From the NCBI GenBank assembly GCA_022813965.1, contig JALDZS010000004.1, forward strand, positions 186,001-250,000: a stretch of 64,000 nucleotides of DNA, written 5' to 3'. This stretch comes from Toensbergia leucococca. Its lineage: Eukaryota. The notes beneath the pieces were generated by a model. It saw nothing but the letters and a program-made list of their open reading frames with translations, searched no databases and was not told where the DNA came from. Shown here in pieces: positions 38,605 through 51,470 of this stretch (positions are counted from its first letter, which is position 1; every line of letters starts with the position of its first letter). Position numbers and translations under genes: made by a program.

Positions 38605-40453
38605 GTGCCCATCAGCTCAACGTCGCATCCACCTCAACGTCGCATTTTCATGATAAATACACCATCTTTTCAATCATCCATCATACATCAACGCAATGTC
38701 TCATTCTTATCATCACGCGGAGGAAAGAATAGAGAAGGCCTTAGACGCGTATAAGAATGGTGATTACACATCTCTGAGATCTGCAGCGATAGATTTTGAT
38801 CTAGAACCTCGTCATCTTCAAAAGCGTGCAAAAGGACTCCCTTCTAAATCTACGCGATCATGAATCAATCAACGCCTAAATGATGCTCAGAAATCAGCTA
38901 TTATGCAGTATATTGAGTGATTAGATAAGATCAATATGACTCCTAGGATTTCAATGATCCGTAACGCTGCAAATTACCTTCTATCTAAGGCGCATTCTGA
39001 TCCCTCCTCACCATCAATCATCAGTCCTTTATGAGTATCTCACTTCATCAAACGCCATCCTGAGCTTTTCAAACGCAAGCAAAACTCTATAGCTGTGAAG
39101 CGTGCAAATGCAGAGGATCCTGTTTCCCTAGGCCTACATTTTGATGTCTACAATAATGTGTGAATAGAAAAAGGGATTCAGGACGCAGATACATGAAATA
39201 TGAATGAAACAGGCTTTCACATAGGCTGTGACTGAGGATATTGAGTTGTTTCTCTACATAAGGTCTCTTCTGTGCGGCTGCATGATTTTGAGAATAGAAA
39301 GTATGTCTCTGATGCTGAATGCATCAACGCTGTTGACAATAGCATTCCGTCCATGCTTATTTTTCCCGGCAAGCAAGTTCTACACAGCTGAGTTCAGGAA
39401 AATGATCTAGATGATGAGATTGTTTTTTGTACAAGCGATTCCAACTAATCTAATGATGAAATAGCTCTGCATTGAATCAAGCATTTTGAACGGCATAGCA
39501 AGAAATATCAGATCAGTGCACGAAGACTTCTTATTGTAGATGAGTACGGATCCCATCTAACAATAGAATTTCTAGACTTTGCTACAACACACAACATTGT
39601 TCTATTCAAATTACCTCCTCATTCTACTCATCTTACACAGCCATTAGATGTAGGCCTTTTTCAGCCTTTCAAACATTATCATTCAGAAGCGGTTGATAAT
39701 TCTATATGCGTCGGTAGCACAGAATTTGAGAAGCTTAATTTTCTGTCAGTTTTTCAGCAAATGCACAACGAGGCCTTCAAGGAATCATCTATCATCAATT
39801 CCTTCAAGCATATTGACTTAGTTTCATTCAATCCTAATCAGGTCTTTGAAAAAAGCAAAGAAAAACAAGCTTCTCAGTCAAAAACACCTCCTAGATCAAT
39901 AGACAACAATCCTTTTGCAACATCACATACAACAAGACAGATTGTTGACAATGAATTTCTATTGAAAGCAATGATCAAAGAGTCTTCTGATGTCTCTCAA
40001 AGATATCAAGCTTTAGTTGCACGCTATCTTAAAGGATCTATTGCTATTTCTCATGAGAAGGATATTATGAAGGAAGAGCTCCGGGAGGCAAAATCTCAGG
40101 CAATTTCTAAGGCCTCACGCAAGAAATTGAAGGGGAACGTTGCTCAGAAGGGCGGTGTTATCTCTGTGAAGGATGTACGGGCTATGATGGTAGAACGTGT
40201 TGAAGATGAGGTGATGAAGGCTAGAAACGTGCTTTATCTACATGGTATCAAGGAGGCAAAAAAGGCTGCAAAGGCAGCAGAACGTATCGCTATTGATGGG
40301 AGAAAAGCAGTCGCAAAAGTCAAAAGGGAAGCAAAGGAATTGACTAAAGCAGAAAGGATTGCTTATCTTGCATCGTTGGTAGGATAATTAATGAAGTTCA
40401 ATTCTATAGATTATGTGACGTTGAGCTGGATGCGACGTTGAGCTGATGAGCAC
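38605..40453 (+). mobile_element. Fot1/pogo-type DNA transposon (1849 bp), inactivated by point mutations
   Basis: 40-bp TIRs (GTGCCCATCAGCTCAACGTCGCATCCACCTCAACGTCGCA; 38605-38644 and 40414-40453, 3 mismatches), each flanked by TA, with an internal transposase pseudogene. Confidence 0.92.
38696..40387 (+). pseudogene. DDD (Fot1/pogo) transposase pseudogene
   Basis: Single frame of 564 codons with many in-frame stops. N-terminal HTH (SLRSAA..F), *NMNETGF (canonical WNMDETGF), LLIVDEYGSH and LPPHSTHLTQPLDVGLFQPFK. Confidence 0.92.
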
Positions 40454-41105
40454 TAAATGAGGAACGAATTTCGTGTGGAGGAGTTGAATTTTCAATTCTA
40501 ATGACGACATTTACCTTGGCACGATTAGACATTCCCCAGATCACTTTGATGCGCTCCCGGTGTGGCACGAGTCCGAAATTTGCGAATGTCGCATGTCTTC
40601 ACCGCAAGAAAAACCCCATCCTAGGCAAAGTCTTCCATCCCGCTTCCTCCCAAGCACATCATCTGCTCAGCTCTTTGGAATCTCAACGATGCCATCCATA
40701 CCCTCTTCTCACCATTCCTCACCCACGGGCAGCAGCCATTGCCCTCATCGCCCTCCTGTTCACCGCTGAAGCTATTGCACTGAGCCTCTAAATTCCGCGG
40801 CAGTCGCTCACATATTCGGTATTGATCCCGAGTCATCTGGCAAAACGGCATCTTTCAAGCAGGAAGCCTTTCACGTTATCTCGGGTTTTGGCAGTCGCAA
40901 TCTAGCTACCAATTTGATGTTCGTTGCATTTTTTTTGGCAGGGAATGCCAGAGGTCATGTGGACGTTGTTGTTATCGGTATAGCTGGAGAATTGGTGGAT
41001 ACGGTGGTGATTAGTCAAGTAGAAAACAAAAGAAAAGACCTGATATCATACGGTTGTATTGGGACAATGGGACTAGCTGGGTGGGGGTTGGAGGTGTACA
41101 GTGTA

Positions 41106-42723
41106 CGAGGTCAAAAAATTATCTATTCGGCTGGCCACCGTACCGCAGTGCAGTCTTGGCATACCCCATCCAAACTTGAATTATAACTATCTATCTAGCC
41201 ATGGAAGTTGTTCTTCCCTTCAGCCCTCAAGACTTGTTTGATTCTTCTTGAGAGGTTTTCTATCAACGGGTTGATATCCTTCTCAATATCTAGCTTATCC
41301 CACTCATCCATTCACGCTGCATGTAGCTGTTCATACCCCTTGATATAAGGCCTTCTCTTTGCGACTCTATTCTTGAGGAGACATCATATGTGTTCTATAG
41401 GGTTGAGATCCGGGGAATTGCCGAGCCATTTTAAGAGATCAGTGTTGAATTCTAGAAAAATTTGATCGTTTCAGTGAGAGGTGTGGTTTGAGCAGCCATC
41501 TTGCATTAACAAAGCCTCTGAGTGAGTTTTTTTGAATTCCGTGTATGCAGGGAGTAAATGAGCTTGTAGGATGTGTCTGTTGTATCTGTATCAATCAATT
41601 CCTTCTCCTTTAGATCGTAATTGTAGCTGAAAGCTATTGCAGTACTGAGGATAAACTCCTTGACGTTTCTTTTCAGCAGCAGCTAGAGATAGATCTATAG
41701 CCTCTTGTTTTGTCAGTCAGATCTTCTTCTCTTTCATTCATCTAATTATGTCCTCTTTTCTCAGCTCTTCTTTAGAGAAAGCCCTTGCAGCCGGAGTCTC
41801 TTTCTCATAGATGTGACAGGGACCCTTTCATCCTCAAGCAATAGAACCTCAGAACATGAATGTAGAATTAATTTTGAACGCACGTTCCATGCAGTTCAGG
41901 ATTCATTCTTCATCCTTGATGCGTGTAATCAAGCCTTTTCCCCTGTGCTCTCCCATTATAACAGAGGTTTCATCAGTAAAAATAACCTGATCTCAATCAC
42001 CTATGTCTAATAGATTATCCTCCTTGCTATGCAATGTCCATGTCTCATGCCACAAACAGAAGGTTAAGCGGTCATTCATCATCTTCTGATTGAGAAATGA
42101 CTTGTATCTTGAATGATATCACTCAAACCCGGCAGAGAAAAAGGCTTTGTGTATAGTAGGAGGAGATGCATGAATGCCGCATTCCTTGAGAGAGATCAGC
42201 TATGATAGAGAGAGAAAGACTCAGAAAACATACCTTTGCTACGTTTACTCAGCTAACATGTCTTCATTCATAGCTACTTGTAGCCTTCTTGAATAAAGTC
42301 TTTTTCTGTTCTTCTGTCAAGAGTTTGTGTCGTTCAGAACCCTTATCTGCAGCTATATTTTCGTCAGCAAAGCAAGACTGATGTGTACTATCTTCCCTAG
42401 CTCTTTTTACACCTCTAGCAGTGATATCTCAGGCTGTATATGAATTTACATTGAGTTTCTTAGCCACGTTGTTGATGTATTGATTATTTGAAATTTCACT
42501 CAATGAGACGCGTTTCTGAACGTTGATTGCATAACTGATCACTCCTCTAGTGAATGGGCTGATCTGACGGCCACGTTTATGAGGATTGGGGTCACCGTTG
42601 GTTTGAATCATTGAAAAATGGGTGAAAATGAGTGAAAATGGGTGGAAATTCGAAGCTTTCAGGATCACTACGTTGATCAAAATCCCTACGTTGGCCAGCC
42701 GAATAGATAATTTTTTGACCTCG
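41106..42723 (-). mobile_element. Tc1-like DNA transposon (1618 bp) with degraded DD34E transposase
   Basis: 37-bp TIRs (CGAGGTCAAAAAATTATCTATTCGGCTGGCCA[C/A]CGTA; 41106-41142 and 42687-42723), each flanked by TA. Minus-strand LMQDGCSNHTSH*...KWLGNSPDLNPIEHI* has 34 residues between D and E. Confidence 0.92.
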
Positions 42724-42884
42724 TACAGAGCAAAGGGACGACTTGAAGACCAACCATCAACATATTCGTCAAACTCATGGTGCAATGTGAGTGAAAAGCC
42801 CCCCCTTTCCCAAAATCTCCCTGTTCCCAAAGTTTCTTGATGGTTGTCATGTATCCTATCGCCTTGAGCTCTCGCTTGATGAAA

Positions 42885-45191
42885 TCACATCTGCGTCGGC
42901 CATGGGTCACGTGTGCTCGAAGGAATAGCTGCGCCAAGCTCACCAGCATTAATGAGGAAATCGTTCCAGTCTTCCCAATTCACAGGGTCCCCGATCTCTT
43001 CTGCACTTGAAATGATCATATCATCCCAATTGAAAAAGTCGGACCCTAGAGAGGTAGTCTGATCGATTTGTCCCGTGTCTCTTGATGCCATAGTATTGTA
43101 GGGAATGTCCAAGCTTAGCTCAAGACTGAGATCCGGTAGTCCCAGAACTGGCAGATCCCCATCTGAGGCAGATGACCGGATGGCTGCTCTAGGTTCAGCT
43201 AGCTTCTGATCTCGTTGTCGTGCAGCTTGAGCTTTTTTGAACAAGCGCTTTACCGGCTGCCACAGCATACCCTCTTTCGTATCGGCCACTCGATTACTCC
43301 ATTTGTTATAACTCTTGTCAATGATAGACCATGCCTGGTCAGCATGAGGTCCCCGAGTCTCAGTGCAAAGCTCTGCCAGAGCCACCGCCAGAGTATGCCA
43401 TGGAACGTATGTGTTGAAAAGCCAAGTGAAGCCAGATGCAGAATCACTTTCTTCAATCGATTCAGCAATAGACAGCATCGTCACAGCCGTTTTTAAGCCT
43501 CGTCGTCTGGGAGAGTCTTGAAACGGTACCTTTCGGCTTTGCAAAGGATACTGTAGGGTCAACAAAAGCTTGAGTACCAATAATCGTGCGACCATGGACA
43601 TCACCCATGCACTTTGGCTGGTTGGATCACATCCGGTTAGATAACAATTATCAATTCTATGAGAGTATTGCTTCACTATCTCTTCTTTTTGCAGCAATGT
43701 CAAAGTCTGGAATTCATGAGTGGGGGGTATGAAGTTGAGTTTCCGGCCTGTATTGCATGCATCCATGCTGATCAAGCAGTATGTCATTTCAGTGACTCCA
43801 CTTCTCTCTGGCAGAGGGTGTTGACTAGTGTATCCAAAATCTATATCGTTAAGATTGCACGGCATTCGAGTGTTGAAAGAACTCTCAGATATCATAGGTT
43901 CGGAACCGCGGTCCTCTGAAGCCCTCATATCAAGCACGAGAATTTGCCACCAGAGACGGCGTCGCATCTCGGCCTCGAAAGCATTGAAAGCCGAACCATC
44001 GGCGTCCCTGTGGATTCCAAGGCCATGAGCAAGACGGACAAGAAGACCGATATATGTCCAACTTGATCGATTGTTGACGTGGGACCGTATCGCCATCTAG
44101 ATCACCTATCAGTACAGCTGTCTCACGATCAGAGGATTTTGTTGATCCTAGCTATACATCAAGCATAGCTAGAAACGAGAGCTTATAATCTGCAAACATG
44201 TACCCCCAATATGCCGAGTAAGAGAATTGAAGATGCTCACAATGTAGAGTAGAAATGACTGCAAGGTGACAATCTCCATGCTGTTCAAGAAATCTGCTTG
44301 CACCAACGCCGTCTCCATGCTACGCTGGTATCTTGCGATCAAAACATCCTTCTCCTCGCTCAAATGTTGTATGCAATCTCCAGGGGACATACTTGTCACT
44401 GCAGTAAAGTACATTGCAAAAGTAATGGCCTCAATACTTGCGAACTTAAAACGACCGTTGGAATCATCAATAAGCTCTTTAGCGCCTAAGAGATGGGCAG
44501 TCGCAGTGGGCTGATGCAAGATCTTGCAGATGGGATCAACGTTAGCAAAATAGAATCGAAAGAGGATGGAGCGATGATGGGGTGACGGATAGAATGTTTC
44601 TAAATCACAAGGAGTGCCTGGATTCTGAAATAAGAAATACGGCGAAGACAGCTCCTTGGCTCTTGGGATTGATACCTGGTCGCCCAGATCATCATCATCC
44701 TCTGATGGGTGATCTAAAAGCTGACGCAGTCCATCGACCTCATCATCCAAGCTCACCCAAAAGTCACCTCTGAGATGGCGTGTCCAGTGCGCCTGTTGTT
44801 CAATGAAAGTGCTGTATTTCTTGTCAATACCGTCGTTGACAGAAGCTGTGGGAATGGCATTCGGTATTGACTCGATGGGTTTAAAAGCTTCCTCGCTGCC
44901 GTCTACGACGGTAGGCTTGAGCTTGGTTATGAGACTTTCCAGGCGGCCGATACGACGCAGAAGCTCTGACTCACGCGCCTTTGAATCACGTTGCCTGGGT
45001 CGAGAGGTTCGAACTCGGTTGGGAAAGGTGCACTCAATGCCCGATTTCTGGCACGGAATGCATGGACTGGCTTTGTCGCATTTGATCTTGCGCTGACGGC
45101 AGTTTGTACAGCTGAGTAGTCTGGGACCTGCAGCAGCTTGGGCAGCTTGAGCACTCTGCTCGGACTGAGGAGATTCAGAATTTGGGTTCAT
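42885..45191 (-). CDS. Zn2Cys6 transcription factor with fungal-specific TF domain; exons 45191-44241 and 44096-42885
   Basis: CTNCRQRKIKCDKASPCIPCQKSGIEC cluster; NVDPICKILHQPT; EMRRRLWWQILVLDMRASEDRG. Intron GTGAGC...ACTGAT...TAG keeps frame. Confidence 0.9.
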
Positions 45192-46289
45192 TGTGAAGAC
45201 AGAATACGAGTACTGCTCATGGTAAGCGCATGTGATGCTGGCCTTGTCTGAGTCTCATGTTGCAATGGAAGACGACCATATTAGAACAAATAATACGATC
45301 CTAAATGTTTGATTTGGAGTGCGAGAAGAAGGGATTGATAGGTAAGGTACTTTGGTGAATGGTTTGCGTCATGACATTTTTTATCACATCAAGTTTGCGG
45401 TTTTCTGGGTGTTGACATTACTCTAGATGATGATAAAGTCTATCTACCATCACGATAAATCAAAAATACGTAGTCGAACGCCCTCCTGAAGCCCATGGTC
45501 TCTTTGACGAAGGCGACATCAACTTCTTCGAAGCTTGAGGGAACACAGGTACTGTTTTCATCCCTGCCGGTAGCTGGGCATGTATTCTAATGCATTTGTA
45601 AGCTCTGATTCAACAGCTGTTGATACTTTGGCAAGCGGCTGATATGGAGCTCTGAACCAGACGCCAGTGAAAAGCAACAATTATCAAGGCACTGAAAGAA
45701 AGTTTCAAGTAGATGTAGTATCCATCAAAGGATGTAAATCTTTCACTAAGGCAATTCTCTTTACGTCTAATTACTTCACTACTTGCCGTAATTTTCTGAT
45801 TGTGAAGGAATTGAGAATGAGAAACATAGAAAGGCCTGTAGAAAACATTTGCTACAATCCCCTCAATATGATCTTTACACTGATATGTAGCACCGGCCTA
45901 ATACACCTTTCCAGAGTGCGTCTTGCACTGACATCTATGATGGTCAGCTTCGTGGAGGTCGTATTGGGAACGATGAATATTTGAATTGCAGATAGAGACA
46001 TGACCTGGTGTCTTCGGACCATGCATGATTGTCATCGTCCGGGTAGGCGTCAGATTCGTCACCATCGCTAGTCATGTCTGAATCACCATCACTGTCAGTA
46101 CATTTGTGACATTGCTGTCGTTGTCACTGTCATAGCTGCGGTCAACATGAGACTCACTACCGCTACCCCCGTCATCACTGCTGCAACTGTCCTAGTCTAG
46201 GGAATGGGTAGGCTTGCGTCGGACCCGCAAGCAGCGGCTATCATGACCAGGGGACTCACTCATGCATGTACTCAAGCAACGCGCTTCAG

Positions 46290-46900
46290 GATCTTGAACA
46301 TACCTCAAGCTGTCTCAGTCCACATATTAAGTTGTAAGTCAGAAGACAGGGTTGTCATTAATGTCTTGTTCATATGATGCTTCAAGAGCTTTGACAACCC
46401 GCTCATGGCCGTTTTGGCGCGTATAGATGAGCTCAGATGGCTGGAAGATAGTCCACGACAGATCATAGGTCTGCAGCAGACATTATGAATGATGGAAGCC
46501 ACTTAATATGACTTTGTTTGCTCTAGGATCCAGAAACTCTTATAGTCTCCTTGAATTCCTTGTTCAACACATCAAAGAGTAGCTGGACATGGTTAATTTG
46601 TGGTGAAGTTTTCTTTCTGTGCGACGGCATCCTTTGATTCAGTCCAGCGATGGATGAGAGACTTGAATCAATTAGAGAAAGTAGGCCCCTTCAGCGTGGT
46701 AGTGACACCAGAGTAGTCTTTCAAGATGACACCCAAAAGCTCCTTCGGCAATGGACTTTGCACGACAATAGAGTGCATGCGGAGGCCTTTTCTTGAATCA
46801 TTGTAAACATGAGCATGCCGTAGTATCAGTGCCCACTTGGTAGTCTCGGAGTCCTCAGCAGGCTTCCCTAGGTCGATGGCGAGTTTGTCAAGCTACTTGA
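46290..46900 (-). pseudogene. Fragmentary pseudogene of a fungal AAA+ ATPase (N-terminal region)
   Basis: Broken frames read AEDSETTKWALILR...DSRKGLRMHSIVVQSPLPKELLGVILKDYSGVTTTL...IHRW, HVQLLFDVLNKEFKET, TYDLSWTIFQPSELIYT and YVD*D. Stops and frameshifts are present and no Walker A motif was found. Confidence 0.55.
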
Positions 46901-47847
46901 ACTTGCCGAAGTCGTCTTCGGGTCCACCCCATAGAGCTCCTTAAATCCACACTGCACGCCTTCTGAAAAGGAGCCATCACTCTAATCAGTGTAAATGAGG
47001 GAACCGTCTGATGACTTATCACCATCATCACTGACTTTCAGTAACAGAACAAGCTTCAGTAACTTTGCGGATGCATCAAAGGTCATTATGGAGCGATCTT
47101 AGATTTCTTTCTGGCCGGTGTAGCTATTTAAGAGTGTTCACTAAGTCTTTAGGGTAGTGGAGATCCCTAAAGAGTGAACAAAATGTTGGAATTAGCGTAT
47201 TGATCTCAGAGGCGCGAGTCCTGATCATCTCATGCTCTCTGTTGCTCAGGAGCCTGCTAACAGGAGTCTGATTGATGGTTTGAGCATCGCTGCTCGATAT
47301 CCTTGGGCAAGTAAGTTTCAAGATTTAGGCGCCACTGTAATCCATACGTCTCATAGGATCCCGGTCACCTTGGAGAAAATGCTCCCATATAAATTTCATA
47401 TGTTGCAAGTAATTCACAATCAGCTGCCGATAGTAAGCGATCAAAAAGCATAATATTCCTCCATCATACCCAGTCACATTTCATGGCAAACACATTGTGA
47501 AAGTTGCTCAAGAAGAAGTCAGGCCATGGACATTTGATATCCAGGACATCGTCAAGAGAAAATAGAATCCTCGCATACTTTTGAACAAGAGTTCAGTACT
47601 TTCTTTGATCGTTGCCCTTCAGCTTTCGTACCAGGCTCTTCTTTAAGTCCAGGTCAATCTGTCCGCGGATGCGGATCTCCCTGAACTTCTCACCAACCGT
47701 ACGCTTCACCCCGTGCTGGGACATAGAGTATTTTACCCCTATATGATTCAAAGTTGATGCTTGATTGTGACATAATGATAAATGATTCAATGGTAGAAGA
47801 GCGATGATTTTGTGAAGTGAGAATTTGGATTTTCAGACATTCTTGAG

Positions 47848-47879
47848 TTGGACCCTTGGACCCTTGGACCCTCGGACCC
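47848..47879. repeat. Short tandem repeat (TTGGACCC)x4, last copy TCGGACCC
   Basis: Directly visible at the right edge of the TE/pseudogene island. Confidence 0.8.
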
Positions 47880-48130
47880 AGGAAGTAGGTAGGTCGGCAG
47901 GTAAAAGCTAAATAGAACCCGGAATGGAGCGGCGCTTTTCACATACCTATGTCGGGGCCGCCTCGGGTTCTCGAGACCGAGTCTTGCATTGCGTTTGATT
48001 CAACCTTGATATTTGCAGCTCAGACAAAGCAATCTTAGGGGTTTGAGAAGACGTCGAAGGATTGAAATGCTAGGATTAGGCGGTAACGAAGGAGCGAAAG
48101 CCAAAATGATGAGGAATGGTTGGGACATAA

Positions 48131-49162
<1,032 letters not shown>

Positions 49163-49304
49163 AAGCTTTGGGACAATTTACTCTGGCTAGAGATAAAGAG
49201 AATAATGTGATTTCAGCTTGGGCTAAACCTACATGGCTCTCGTTCCATACTACTCAGACCTACGATAGCCAAAGAGGCAGCTAGCAGTATTACAGCAGGC
49301 CCGC

Positions 49305-51470
49305 TCCGTTCACAACAAAGAGAGCTCAAATCCTATGACCTTTTGAAGCAAACTGGACCAAAATCAGAATGCTCTCCACCCCCATTCGTAAACCCTAAGC
49401 CATTGAGCGTGCACACTCCTTTTCTATAGCACCCCACCGAGAAACCCACCTTCAAGAAAAAAAATATCAATCAAGACTGCCAATACACTGACACGCCGTT
49501 GTGATACGTTGACCTCCCCCCCCCTATCCGCAGCCATATAAAAGATCATGAGTCTGCTTCAACTGTGACTAATCTCTTCACCTATGTTATTACCTGCCAT
49601 CTGATCTCTCATCACATGTCAAAGACCAACTACAGTCCAAAGGCCTGAGAATAGCTCATCCTTTTGACTGATTTGTGACGTTCTTCAATCATGCCTTATG
49701 CCCCTTTCACCCCCTCCATCTTTCCTTTTACAGATTTTCCGAATGTTTTATGTTCATCACAGGATGTCTTCAGGGGCTTGGCTTAGATTCTAGAGCAGAG
49801 AAGGGAGGAAAGGAAGAATGCGTTTCCTTTGGAAACAAAAGCATGTTTTTTTCTTCTTTTTAGCTGAAAATCAGGGTTTGGTAGAGTTGGGGCATGTTTT
49901 TCTTTCAGGCGGGTATTGATGCTGTTTGGAAAAAGGGAGTGATCAGTGTGTTTGGTAGCCCTTGATCAATAGAGCATGGATTTGATTACCTCAAGTAACA
50001 GTTCATGCATCTCTTGTGTTTTTTTTCTAATTCTACATACCATCCAGCTGAAAAGATGTGTCATTTTTTTTCACTGTTGTCCCTAACAATAAATGTCAGG
50101 TTTCTTTACATTTCTTGCACATCCGACACTCGTCAATTACTCAATGACAGAATTGGCTAACCACCTTCAATTGAAACAATGTCTCATTGCCCTCAGTAGC
50201 CAGCTCTCATATGCCGTATTGCACAACGATCGCAGGCCCATCGCCAGTGAACCACAGAATGTCAACCCGCACTGATCACTCACTCCTTCCCAGTCAGACA
50301 AACCCATTCTGCACTCCCTTCCCAAAAGGGGAAAAGCACACATACGACCCGAACCCCCCACGCATCACTTGACTCAAGTAACTGTTGACGGATTCAAAGA
50401 ACAGCTTGACATTGTCAGGACCATCCTGATTAGCTCAGTATGTGAGCATTGCTTCTTTCATCTTCTGCTGGACTGGCACGGCCGCAAAGTTTGGTTCAAT
50501 GCGGCAGGGCCCTGCAAAAGGCGGACCTCAGTATCAGGAGTTTCGAATTCTTGGTCGCGAGTCAGTATGCGTCAGCAGTACCATGCAGTATGGCGCAGGT
50601 ATTCTGTTTTGTACTTTTTCCTCCATATTATATATAAAATTGAACATCACATCATCAAGTCATTTGAAGATGTTATAGTCAGTGATGGTACCTTTCACAT
50701 ATTTAGTCCGCTCTTGCTGGTTCCTCTCTTCTCTCACCAACCGGTCTTTGTCTACCTCTTGGGAATGTCAGGAATCACCAGTCTTAAGGGGGGTGATTGT
50801 GTTTGAAGAGGAGGATGTTCATCTCTGAGTAGCCGCTGGCGGCTGAGAAAAGCAGACGGATCCGGATGGCAGCTTTTCTGCAACAAAGAGAACGCTGACC
50901 AGAATTCCCAAATCAAGGAAAAGTTGCTCCTTTTGCTTTGTCTGGACAACAGGAACCGCTGCTGGGTAGAGAATGGGATCGCCCCCTTGACAACCCAGCT
51001 GGATGCGATGACCTTGCACAAGACGAGCTGAACAGTGCTACGAGGTATGATCCCGCCCATCTCCTACCGGTTTTTGGGGGTTGCAATGACTACATCATTC
51101 GTGCGTTAATCTCCCAAAAGCCAGTAGAATTCTGACATGCAGGCCTAAAGCCGCCTTGTTATGAAGTATACTCGGTTTCGAGGCTCATGCCCTGATACAT
51201 GACCCCAAGCCTGGATTCTTCGAAGAGTCCGTTCAAATGGCTCTCGTAGGCCCGCAGCTTGTCCAGTAGCCGCATAGCAATGGTGAATACCATTAGGATT
51301 TGAGACAGTGAGTTGAGAGACGTTGTGGGAGGGAATTTGGATTGTTGACAGCGCTGATTCTGGGGTCACGCCAGATTAGGGCAACTACCCCAGAACTTAT
51401 CTATTCCTCATATTGGAGTATAGGGGTTCCGCCTTTCCGTTGTGTATGGTTCCGCAGATGATAGTCGCAT
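49305..51470 (+). ncRNA. TER: Candidate telomerase RNA (TER); ends approximate
   Basis: No credible ORF over ~2.8 kb of intergenic space. Template-like TAAACCCTAA (49389-49398) is preceded by a hairpin. A pseudoknot (50598-50927) and nested enclosing helices are present (see findings). Confidence 0.72.

Noticed and set aside
47450..47790. Coding-like minus-strand fragment (MSQHGVKRTVGEKFREIRIRGQ...)
   Set aside because: Interrupted by stops and no family was recognised; possibly a relic, but not callable.
50078..50097. Alternative telomerase template TGTCCCTAACAATAAATGTC (would give 16-nt TTAGGGACATTTATTG), preceded by a hairpin and a 10-bp match 50041-50050/50996-51005
   Set aside because: This model crosses the strong ~49937-49950/50268-50281 helix, whereas the 49389 template gives a compatible fold in the Neurospora register. 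Kept only as a fallback if telomere reads show this 16-mer.
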